Assembly: GCA_965203905.1 (NCBI GenBank)
Contig: CBDBDQ010000005.1
Location: 7,520,001-7,584,000, forward strand
Length of the DNA: 64,000 nt
Source of the DNA: Spirochaetia bacterium
GTDB taxonomy: Bacteria > Spirochaetota > Spirochaetia > SZUA-6 > Bin103
Direction: 5' to 3'
Part shown: positions 46,053-54,871 of the stretch, one piece after another
How positions within the stretch are numbered: position 1 is the first letter of the stretch
Layout of the letters: each line of letters starts with the position of its first letter
The notes under the pieces: generated by a model
The model's input: only the letters and a program-made list of their open reading frames with translations
The model's database searches: none
Told to the model about the DNA's origin: nothing
Position numbers and translations under genes: made by a program

Positions 46053-47650
46053 GTGCGCCGGCAAAAACCGGCAAGGTGTTGTGAATGGAAGAGTCATACG
46101 TCGAAGGGCTAGCGACCCACGGCGGCCCCGAGTCATGCGCCGTCGCCCGCGAGGGCGGGGGTGAAGCGTTGACAGGGGTACGTGCGGGCCGGGTATCGAG
46201 CCGCGAAAGAGATTACTTTGGGGTGCCGACGCCGTAGGAGGATGCGGAAGGCCACACTCGGGGCGCCGATAACGCGAGGCGCCACGGGACCCTGCGCGGT
46301 CACAGACCCCGGGCACGTACGGAAACACCTTGCGCGGGAGCCGGGAGATCCCAGCTTCGCCTGTGGCGGATGGCGCCGCAGGCCGTGTCGGGAAGTCCAA
46401 GGACGGACGCCGACGATGAACGGAGCTGGGAAGTCGGACAGGCCCCCGGCCTGGCGGCCGCCCTGCGGGGTACCTGGGAGACCCGCGAACAAGGACGGGG
46501 GCTGCCGCAGGCGGCGCGGCTATGGTGAACCCTACACGGGCACGCAGGCGGAAACGCCGGATACAGCCAAGGGAGAACCTACGGCCACGCCGGCCGGCAG
46601 CGCCCCAACCGCGGAGCGGGTGGAGGGAAGGGGCCTGGCCAAAGGGAATCCGCGCCAGCAAAACGCGCCCCGGACACCGCGCCGGCAATATGGCGTGCAC
46701 AGTGCGTTGGAGCGGATACGTCAAGCAGCGCGACGGGATAGGACGCTGCGGTTCACCGCGCTCATGCACCACGTCGACAACCCCGCGATCCTCCGGGAGG
46801 CGTACTTCAGCCTCAAGCGGGAAGCCGCGCCGGGGGTGGATCGGGTGACGTGGCGGCAGTACGGCAGGGACCTGGAGGACAACCTCCTGGACCTCTGTGG
46901 ACGGCTGCAGCGAGGAGCGTACCGGGCGATGCCGGTGCGGAGGGTGTTCGTCCCCAAGAGCGACGGGCGGCAACGACCGCTCGGCGTGACGGCGCTGGAC
47001 GACAAGATCGTCCAGCGTGCGACAGTCGAGGTGCTGAACACCATCTACGAGACCGACTTTCTCGGGTTCAGTTACGGGTTCCGGCCGGGGCGCAGCCAGC
47101 ACAATGCGTTGGACGCGCTCTATGTGGGCCTGCTGACACGGAAGGTGAACTGGGTGCTCGACGTGGACATCCGTGGGTTCTTTGACGCCATCGACCACGG
47201 TTGGCTGGTGAAGTTCGTCGAGCACCGCATCGGGGACCGGCGCGTCGTGCGGCTCATCCAGAAATGGCTGAACGCCGGCGTGCTGGAAGACGGGACGCTC
47301 CGGCGGCGCCTGCACGATCCGGTCCCGGAGGTGGGAAGCTGGCTGCGCACGGTTGTGGGTGGGCACCTTCGCTACTACGGGGTGCCCACGAACTCCCGCG
47401 CACTGCGCCTGTTCCGCCTGCGGGTAGGTCGGCTCTGGTATCGGTCGATGCGGCGGCGCAGTCAGAAAACCCGGCTTACCTGGGAGTGAATGGGCCGCCT
47501 GCTCGACCACTGGTTGCCGCCGCCCCGAGTGTGCCACCCCTATCCCCTGCACCGCCTTGGCGTCATACCTGAGGCAGGAGCCCGGTGCGGTAGTTCCGCT
47601 CGCCGGGATCTGTGGAGGGGGTGATCAGCGATGGTCATTCCTACTCCAAC
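46053..47650 (+). mobile_element. Group II intron (bacterial class E-like), internally deleted
   Basis: 5' GTGCG at 46053. Domain V GAGCCCGGTGCGGTAGTTCCGCTCGCCGGGATC and domain VI ending CCTACTCCAAC at 47650. Encodes an RT ORF. Confidence 0.85.
46416..47550 (+). pseudogene. ltrA: Group II intron RT/maturase lacking RT4-7 (no PQG or YADD), with a premature TGA at 47487
   Basis: AAPGVD, RRVFVPK.DGRQRPLG, SYGFRPGRS, DVDIRGFFD. GVLEDG is fused directly to domain X (LRRRLHDP...GHLRYY). W-E-*-M-G-R-L-L-D-H-W-L-P...HPYP continues in frame. Confidence 0.88.
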
Positions 47651-47970
47651 TCTTGGGGCACAGGGTGCCCTGCCAGATGGCTGACGTAAGATGGGATCCG
47701 CGTGTGCGCCCCATCATGCAAACGCCCACCGCTCGGCGGACGTTGGGACCTGCGTCACAACGCCACGCGGGGCGCTGGTCGGCCGAGCAACGCATGTGGT
47801 TGACCGGCGACGTCGGCGGTCGGTTCTGTGACGGTGAGTTGGGGGGCGGGGATCCAGGACCGTTGCGGTCGTAGCCGGCCGCTACCCCGGTGCTGAAGGC
47901 GACGGCGTGCGCGGGGTAGCGTACGGGGCGATCAGCCGGAGCGGTTAGTTGTTTCTCGGTTTGAAAAAGT

Positions 47971-47992
47971 GGGGGGCGGGGGGGGGGGGGGG
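47971..47992 (+). repeat. Poly-G tract (G6-C-G15)
   Basis: Directly visible. Confidence 0.8.
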
Positions 47993-48015
47993 ATGCACCG
48001 GTCGCGTCACAGCGA

Positions 48016-48345
48016 ACCGGTCACTGCGCTGCCTGTCATCGTGACGCTTCATGACCATCCGTCGAACCCCAGGTGAGGCACGCTAGCATAGGCGCGGCGC
48101 GCCGTCAACGACTCGTGGCGGTCACCGGGATGAGCGAAAGGTCACCGGCAACCCGTCACTACGCTGACTGTCATCATGGCGCTTCATCGGCATCCGTCGC
48201 CCCAAGCCAAGCATGCTAGCGTGGGCGCGACCACCCGGTCAACGACTCCGACGTCACCGAACATGACCGGCCACCGGTCACTGCGCTGGCTGTCATCGTG
48301 GCGCTTCATCGTTCCGTCGGACCCCAAGCGAGGGAAGAGCTAACA
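48016..48345 (-). repeat. Three degenerate tandem repeats (about 135, 122 and 73 bp) with promoter-like hexamers and a micro-ORF
   Basis: Core GTCACTRCGCTGNCTGTCATCRTGRCGCTTCAT at 48020, 48155 and 48277. Confidence 0.85.
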
Positions 48346-48588
48346 GCACGCCGATCAGACTGCCATTCACCCCGCCTCATGTGCCCATTGCCGCGTCCTG
48401 TCCCCGCCGCCACCCCCTCAATGGCGAATCCTGCGGACCGCCGGGAAGAGCCATTGGGCGATTCAGAGCGAGCGCGAAGGCCCCTTCGAGTCTCTAATCG
48501 CTCAATTCGAGACTTACACGCATAGGTTTGTGATGGCTTACGGCGGTCTTACTCGTGCGTGGGTCCTCCGGCTGCCGCGCCGGCGTGC

Positions 48589-49431
48589 TCACTCTTGCTC
48601 GGGGTCGATGCCTGAGCGCCGCAGCAGGGCCGCCAAGCGTTCGGCGCGCCGGTGTTCCTCGTCGGCACGCAGTCGCTGTTCCCGTCCCGTCGGAATCAAC
48701 ACGCCATGCTCGTCCACCCAGCGCAGCCACCGGTGGCGGACCGCCTCGAACACCCCATCCCACAGCGTCAGCCCCAACCGCAACTCGGGAAACCACGGCG
48801 ACTGCTGCTCGTAGCTCCCTGCGCTCAACCGGTAAGTGCGCAGGTCGTCGTCCATCACCTGATGCAGCGGATCGTGGATCACGTAGTACCCGACTCCCAT
48901 CGCCGCGTACCGCTGCCGCTTGCGGCCCACCTCGTTGCCTTTCTGGTTCGAGACGATCTCCACCACCAGGTCCGGCGGCTTGCCGAACTCCCACACGAAG
49001 TACGACCGGTGCACCTTGTCCCAGAAGTTCTCGTGCACCTGCACGTCCAGGCTCACGAACACGTCCGGCACGATTGCCGGGTTGCGCGGCTCCGGGAATA
49101 CCCCCACGTTGGCCGCCGCCAGGAAGCTGCGCCCGCCGCCCGGTCCGGACCAGGAACTGTACAGCGGCTCGGTGAGCAGGCGTTGCTGCTTCTCGGAGGG
49201 CATGTTGTCCACCGGCGTATCATCCTCGGTCACCAGGGTTTCGATGTCGACGCCGAGTGTCACCGCGGACGGCGCCGCGGCGCCCACCGGCCGCGCGACC
49301 GGGGCGGCATGGGGCACGCCCACGATGGGGCGCGCGAGCACCTCGGCCGGCGTCCGGTCCGGCTTCGCCGCGGGCTCCCCGGCTTGCGGGTCAGGCGCGG
49401 AGTGACCGGCGTTGAAGGTTGGCGAGTCCAT
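48589..49431 (-). CDS. Uma2 family endonuclease
   Basis: EDDTPVDN, EKQQRLL, PDVFVSL, WEFGKPPDLVVEIVS, K...YA.MGV.YYVIHDP, WLRW. Confidence 0.9.
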   Translation of the reverse strand: MDSPTFNAGHSAPDPQAGEPAAKPDRTPAEVLARPIVGVPHAAPVARPVGAAAPSAVTLGVDIETLVTEDDTPVDNMPSEKQQRLLTEPLYSSWSGPGGGRSFLAAANVGVFPEPRNPAIVPDVFVSLDVQVHENFWDKVHRSYFVWEFGKPPDLVVEIVSNQKGNEVGRKRQRYAAMGVGYYVIHDPLHQVMDDDLRTYRLSAGSYEQQSPWFPELRLGLTLWDGVFEAVRHRWLRWVDEHGVLIPTGREQRLRADEEHRRAERLAALLRRSGIDPEQE

Positions 49432-49490
49432 GCGCTGACCGAGTATAGCGGAGCCGCACGTCGCGGACCAGTGGCGCGCCGGCCGGAGGT

Positions 49491-50170
49491 CTACGCACAG
49501 CCGGGTTCGGTTCCGCGCCAGCGGTGCGCTGGCTTGGCGGCCGGCTGTGCGGCGAGCCGGTCACGGGCGCCGCGCCAGAGCCCGGCCCACGCCTCCGGGT
49601 CACGCCTCCGGGTCACGCAGCTCACTCTCCGGGTCGAGCCGGCTGCGGGCCACGAATCCGGGGAACTCCGGGCGGCCGATAGGCTGGCCGATCGGGTTGG
49701 AGCGCAGGTCGAGGCTCCAGCGTATCCGGTCGCTGACGTTGGGAGGCGAGCCGTGGATGGTGTGCTTGTGCATCAGGATCACGTCGCCGGAACGGATCGG
49801 GAGTAATCCGGTCGAGATCCAGCAACGCGTCGGGGATGGCGAGCGGGCGTCCCGGTAGGTTCGGGCATTGGGTTCGCAGCGCCTCCCGGTAGCTGCGCGG
49901 AATCACCTGCAGACAGCCGCGCTCCACGGGTGCATCGGACCGCGCGATCCATACCGTGAGCATGTCGGTTTCGTCGGCGACCGGGTCCCGCCGTTGTCCT
50001 GGTGCCACGGGTTGGCACGCGCCAACACGTCGGTGGCGCCATCGGGAGGAGGCGCTCGGGCGGCTTGATACGTATGTGCTGGACGGGATTGGAATAGACT
50101 TCCGGACCGATCAGGCACTCGACTCGGAGGTGCTGCCCGTGGACCCGTGGGTGCGCGCGTACGAAGTTCG
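49491..50170 (-). pseudogene. Decayed phytanoyl-CoA dioxygenase (PhyH) gene
   Basis: Motifs spread over three frames: LIGPEVYSNPVQHIRIKPPE, PWHQDNG, MLTVWIA..GCLQVIP, HKHTIHGS.PN.SDRIRWSLDLR. A 13-bp duplication at about 49588-49613 shifts the tail. Confidence 0.85.
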
Positions 50171-50328
50171 CGCCGCCGACCGGCATCTTCTACCGTATCA
50201 CGCCGGATGCACGGTGACCGCCACCCGCGGCTCCATCCTTGGCGCCACGGGTTGCATGTAGCTCCCGGCCCGCGACAGGGAAGTCGTGGGCCGGGAGCCC
50301 GTCGGTACTCCGAAGGCGCGCCCGGAAT

Positions 50329-50482
50329 GCGCCCGACCAAGTCAACCAGCGCAGGGCTGTGTATGGGCGTGACTTGGCCGGTCAGCCCGAAGCAGCGCCA
50401 GGGCACCGCGGCACCGCAGACCGAGTCAGGGAAGTGTGCCGAGTTAGGTGGTCCCGTAGAGCTGGGTCCGAGAAGCACGCCA
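50329..50482 (-). repeat. About 150-bp dispersed repeat, copy 2 (inverted relative to 40357-40502, with a 9-bp insertion)
   Basis: Reverse complement aligns to copy 1 along its length. Confidence 0.85.
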
Positions 50483-50632
50483 AAGGAGGCGAGCATCGCT
50501 CACCGCGAGGTCAATGACTTCAGAGTCGGGTGCCTGTGCGTTCGACTCAGCCACTGCCACGACATCGTGTCCGGCATCCCGGAGAGCCCGGACCACCGCA
50601 TAGTCGCAGCTCTCGTCGGCCAGGAAGCGCAC
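50483..50632 (-). pseudogene. DUF5615 (PIN-like) toxin, 3'-truncated
   Basis: MRFLADES....VVRALRDAGHDV.......APDSEVIDLA..DARLL, cut before the expected TEDKDF motif by the repeat. Confidence 0.8.
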
Positions 50633-50634
50633 TG

Positions 50635-50682
50635 CTATCGTGAGTGCTGTACGAAGATGGTCTCGTCGTTGGCGACCGTGTC
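50635..50682 (-). pseudogene. Probable C-terminal remnant of a DUF433 antitoxin
   Basis: DTVANDETIFVQHSR* ends 2 nt before the DUF5615 GTG. The family is inferred from the usual DUF433-DUF5615 pairing. Confidence 0.4.
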
Positions 50683-50803
50683 ACGCGTCCCACATTGCAA
50701 CGGAGACATGGTAGAGATTGCGCGCGTGAATCGTTGGCCGGACGTAGTCGTTGCGAATCGCCCTGAGCATCACCTCGTTCCAACGTCTGGCAACGGATTG
50801 CTC
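50683..50803 (-). pseudogene. N-terminal-domain fragment of a vanadium-dependent haloperoxidase-like protein
   Basis: EQSVARRWNEVMLRAIRNDYVRPTIHARNLYHVSVAMWDA. Confidence 0.7.
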
Positions 50804-50807
50804 TTCG

Positions 50808-51519
50808 CCGCTGGGCACCGACCAGTTCGGCAGGGATCAGCTGAGCCGAGTGATACACGGGGCCCGCGTATCGATGCTGGTTGGCCTGGGCTCGAGCGTG
50901 CTGACGATCGTGGTCGCCATGAGCATCGGCCTGCTTTTCCGGATACTGGGGTGGCGCGTTCGATCTGATCGTGCAGCGTTTCGTGGACGCGTGGATCACG
51001 TTTCCGTGGCTGTTCATCGTGCTCACGGTGATGTCGATTCTGGGCCCAGGGCTGATTCAGGTGATAGTCGTGATCGGCCTCACGTCCGGCATTGGCAACA
51101 TCCGCACCGTTCGGAGCGTGGTGCTGAGCGTGAAGGAATCGATGTACGTGCAGTCCGCCCAGGCGATCGGTGCCAAGACCTTCAGAGTTCTGTGGCGGCA
51201 CATCGCGCCGGAGCTGGTCGCCCCAATGATTGTGCTGTTCACGGTGTCGATCGGGGGCAACATCATCGCCGAGTCCACGCTGAGCTTCCTGGGTTTCGGC
51301 ATCCCGCCACCGCAGCCCAGTTGGGGTGGCATGCTCAGCATCGAGGGCCGGCGGTACATGCTGCAGGCGCCCTGGCTGGCGTTCTGGCCCGGTGTGTGCC
51401 TGGCGATCGTCGTCTACGGCATCAACATGTTCGGCGATGCTCTGCGGGACCTGGTGGACCCGCGACTGCGCGGAGGCGCGGGACGCTTCGGTGGGCGACG
51501 ACGAGCGAAGCTGGTGTGA
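50808..51519 (+). pseudogene. 5'-truncated OppC-type permease with a +1 frameshift near 50937
   Basis: PLGTDQFGRDQLSRVIHGARVS...GLL, then in the shifted frame SGYWGGAFDLIVQRFVDAW...GDALRDLVDPR. Confidence 0.85.
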
Positions 51520-51571
51520 CCTGCCAGCGCCAGCTCGGTAGAAGACGCCCTCAGTCACAGGCTGAACGCGT

Positions 51572-52096
51572 TCAATTACATGGTTCTGCGACTGCGTCAC
51601 GCTCGTTGACGTAGCTGCGCGGCTCCTCGTTCCGCCAGATCGTCAGCGTGTGGCCACATCGGCGCCACCGGCGCGATTGCGGAGTCCCCGGCTGACCGTC
51701 CCCCGAAACGAACACGAGAATGAGCCGGTCGGTGCCCTCGAGCCGGTAGTGGCCGCGACCGAGCACCGTGGGCGGCCCTGGGACGGCGCTGTGACTGACG
51801 GTCCACTCGACGGTGGCCTCGCCGGTCTCCGGGTCGGCGAACGCCCACGTGAAGATGCTGCCGCCCGACGCGCGATGGAACCATTCGCCCGCGATGGCGG
51901 CCGGATCGGCGGCTGGATTGGACGCCTGCTCATCTGCAGACAGCGAGACCGGCCCGGCCACCGTCGAGAGCAGGAACGCGCCAGCAAGCACTGCCGCTAC
52001 CGCTCGTGGACGTTTGCTGCGCAACTGCTGATCGTGACTCACCGATGGCCTCTCACTACTCGATGATCCCCGTCCTGTGACCTTCCCCGCGTTCAA
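51572..52096 (-). CDS. Hypothetical exported protein
   Basis: Signal-like AVAAVLAGAFLLSTVAGPVSLSA followed by a beta-rich region. Start and C-terminus uncertain. Confidence 0.5.
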   Translation of the reverse strand: MNAGKVTGRGSSSSERPSVSHDQQLRSKRPRAVAAVLAGAFLLSTVAGPVSLSADEQASNPAADPAAIAGEWFHRASGGSIFTWAFADPETGEATVEWTVSHSAVPGPPTVLGRGHYRLEGTDRLILVFVSGDGQPGTPQSRRWRRCGHTLTIWRNEEPRSYVNERDAVAEPCN

Positions 52097-53500
52097 TGTT
52101 GCCGTACCGCGATGGTGAGGGTGCGGTTGGTGGGCACCTGGTGGTAGGTGGAGGTGCTGCCGTCGGCCCAGTGCACCTGCAGCTCGTCCACCGCCGGCGC
52201 GGCGCCGAGACCGAAGTGGGGCGCAAGCTCGGACGGACCGAGGTAGCCGGCCGCGGCGCCGACGTAGCGCACCTGGCGAAGATCGCCGGCGCGCACGGCA
52301 ACCAGGCTGCCGATGCCGTCTGGCGCCAGATCCGCGCGCGCTGCCGTGTCCAGGAAGACGCGCAGCCAGCGCCCGCTGCCGTCGCTGCCCGGGTCGAGCT
52401 CGTTGCGCACCAACGTGGGCAGTTCCCCGTTGTTGAAGATGACCAAGTCCTGGTCGCCGTCATTGTCATAGTCGAGATGGACCACTCCCCGGCCCTGCCC
52501 GCGGTGGACGAGGCCCGCGTCGTCGGCGACGTCGGCGAAGGTCAGCTCAGACGCAACGGCGGTGAGGTTGCGGAACACCCTGGTCGCCTCGGCCTGCCAC
52601 TCGGGATCGTCCCGGCCGTTGTGCCCCTCCCAGCCGTTGGTCTGCACGAGGTCGAGCCAGCCGTCGTGGTCCAGATCGACTGCAACGGCACCCCATCCCC
52701 AGCCGCCCTCCTTGACCCCCGCGCTGGCGCCGACCGACTCGTAGCGATGGCCGCCCTAGTTGCGATACAGAAAGTTCCCGGTACCCGGCGCCTTCTCGAT
52801 CGCAAACCGCGTGCTCACCGAGGTGACGAACCAGTCGAGCCTGCCGTCGTTGTCGAGATCGGCTGCCGTTGCGCCCATGCCGTTGGCGTCCAGCCCGGTC
52901 TGCGACTGCGCGGTGATGTCGGTGAAGCCGCCACCACCATCGTTGCGGAGATAGCGGCTGGTGAAGTAGTCGCCGGCCCACAGCAGCTCGGGATAGCGGC
53001 CGCCGTCCATGTCGGCGAACAGCGGCATATACCCCATCGGGGCACGGTTGCCCCGGAATGGCAGCAGTGAGGTCACGTTCTCGAACGTCCCGTCGCCGTT
53101 GTTGCGGTAGAGGCGATGGTTGCCGGGCATGGTGAAGCGCTGGTCCACGGTGCCATAGCTGATGACGAAGATATCGAGCCAGCCATCGCTGTCCACGTCG
53201 CCGACGGCCGCGCCGTAGCCGTGATGCCGGGCCGCAATTCCGGCCTCGGCGGCGCGATCGGTGAACGTGCCGTCGCCGTCGTTCATGTACAGCCGGTCGG
53301 GCTCGGTGCCGCCGGACGGCACGAACAGGTCTTGCCAACCGTCGCGGTCGAAGTCGCCGACGGCGCCGCCGGCACTGGTCACGGAGTGCCCGTGGACGGT
53401 CGGGGTGTGCGGCCACCGAAGTCCGCTCCGGTCGGGACAGAGCGCCGGCTCGCTGACGCAGGTGGCCAGCACGATGGAGTTGGGCACGGCGCCAACGTGG
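52093..53500 (-). pseudogene. CRTAC1 / FG-GAP repeat + ASPIC-UnbV domain protein with an in-frame TAG at 52756
   Basis: GDFDRDGWQDL, GDVDSDGWLDI, ADLDNDGRLDW, LYRN*GG, DYDNDGDQDL, HFGLG...V.WADG. Confidence 0.85.
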
Positions 53501-54721
53501 CCGGCGCGGTCTGTGGCTGAACCGCGTCGAGTCGCAGCGCCGTCCGCTGGGGGCCAAGCAGCGCCCCCACCAGCAGCACCGCGCAACCACCGAGCCGGCG
53601 ATGGCCCAGGTGCCGCCCGCGTAGACGGCGACGCCGCGCCGACCGAGTGCCTTGGCGAGCGCGAGGAAGGTAACCGGCCCCCCGGCGGCGGCGGCGAACA
53701 GCAGGGCTGCGGCCGGCGCCGTGCCGGCGCCGAGGATCAGCAGCAGCGCGACCAGCGGGATCTCGAACAGCAACGGCACGTTGATCAGCACACCGAGCGT
53801 CGACGCGATGAGGACCCCCAGCAGGCTGTCGCCGAGGTAGGCGGTAACGGTCTCGGGCTGCAGGGCCTGGATGGCCGCGCCGCTGGCGAAGCCGGCCACG
53901 ATCATCAGCGGCAACATGCGCCGCACCAGGCGGACGAACGAGCGCAGCCAGTGCGCGCCGCCGGTCCGCAGCACCTCACCCCAGGTCGCAATCTCCGCTG
54001 TCACTACCGGTACCGCGCACGCGACCTCGCCCCTCGCGCGGTGGTCGAGGCGCGCGCCGCGCCGGCGGACCGCCCACGCCACCAGGGGCCCCAGCGAGAA
54101 CGCGGCGACCAGCCCCAGAACGAGCCGGCTGGCACCGAGGAGGGAGTTGAACACCAGGGCGATCATCAGCAGCGACGGCACATTCAGGGTGGCCGATCCG
54201 TGCACCAGGGAGAGCGCGCCCTCGACTCCCATGCCGCCGCGCCGCAGCGTGCTGGAGACCGGCGCGATGCATGCCGAACAGAGGTTGAGCACGGGGCCGA
54301 GACCGATGCCCTTGAGGATGCGCTGCCAACGCCCGGGTCCAGCGGCGGAGGCTGCGAGCCCGGCACGTGCCGACAGGTCGGAGACCAGGAACGCCTCGGC
54401 AATGGCGGCGGCGGCAAACGCAAACAACATCCCGATCGCGACCAGTTGCAGGTAGGTCACGGAGAATCGCCACCAACGGGCGAAGAAGCCACTGCGTTCG
54501 CTGGCCCGGTCGGGGTCCTCGATGCAGAACCCTTGAAAACACTGGGCGGTGGGGGCGAGCGCGGCACGGAGGTCCTCGCGGACCGTATCCAGCTTGGGGA
54601 GCCGGTTCAGCGCCGCGAACGGCACCAGGATGGCGAGCAGCAGGACGACGCCTGCGACTCGGCGTTTGGCGGCGGCGCTGGCGAGCAACGGACGAGACGT
54701 GACCGCCGCAGTCTGCATCAC
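53500..54721 (-). pseudogene. DUF318/ArsP-like permease, apparently fused to the CRTAC1 domain through frameshifts near 53580 and 53500
   Basis: LNLCSACIAPV, SATLNV, LINVPLLFEIPLV. No stop after the last TM, which resumes in another frame (VLLVGALLGP). Confidence 0.7.
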
Positions 54722-54871
54722 CGCAGCATGGTAGCACGGACGGCAAGTGTGCAGGCGGGTGCAGTCCCAGGCGGGATCGGTGGCAGCGAAATGGGTCGAG
54801 ACTGCGCGGCGCGGATGACGGTCTGCGGGATGTAGCGCCGTGCGCGATGCGCCGCTACCCGGCGGGCGGGG

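Noticed and set aside
46182-47489. Retron, DGR or CRISPR-associated reverse transcriptase
   Set aside because: Group II intron 5' end and domains V/VI flank the ORF, there is no TR/VR pair, and the catalytic motif is deleted
48016-48345. CRISPR array
   Set aside because: Units are 120-135 bp and homologous over most of their length, with no unique spacers and no cas genes
52756-52758. Pyrrolysine or programmed readthrough at the in-frame TAG
   Set aside because: No pyl genes seen, the position is not catalytic and the same gene has frameshifts, so a nonsense mutation or error is simpler
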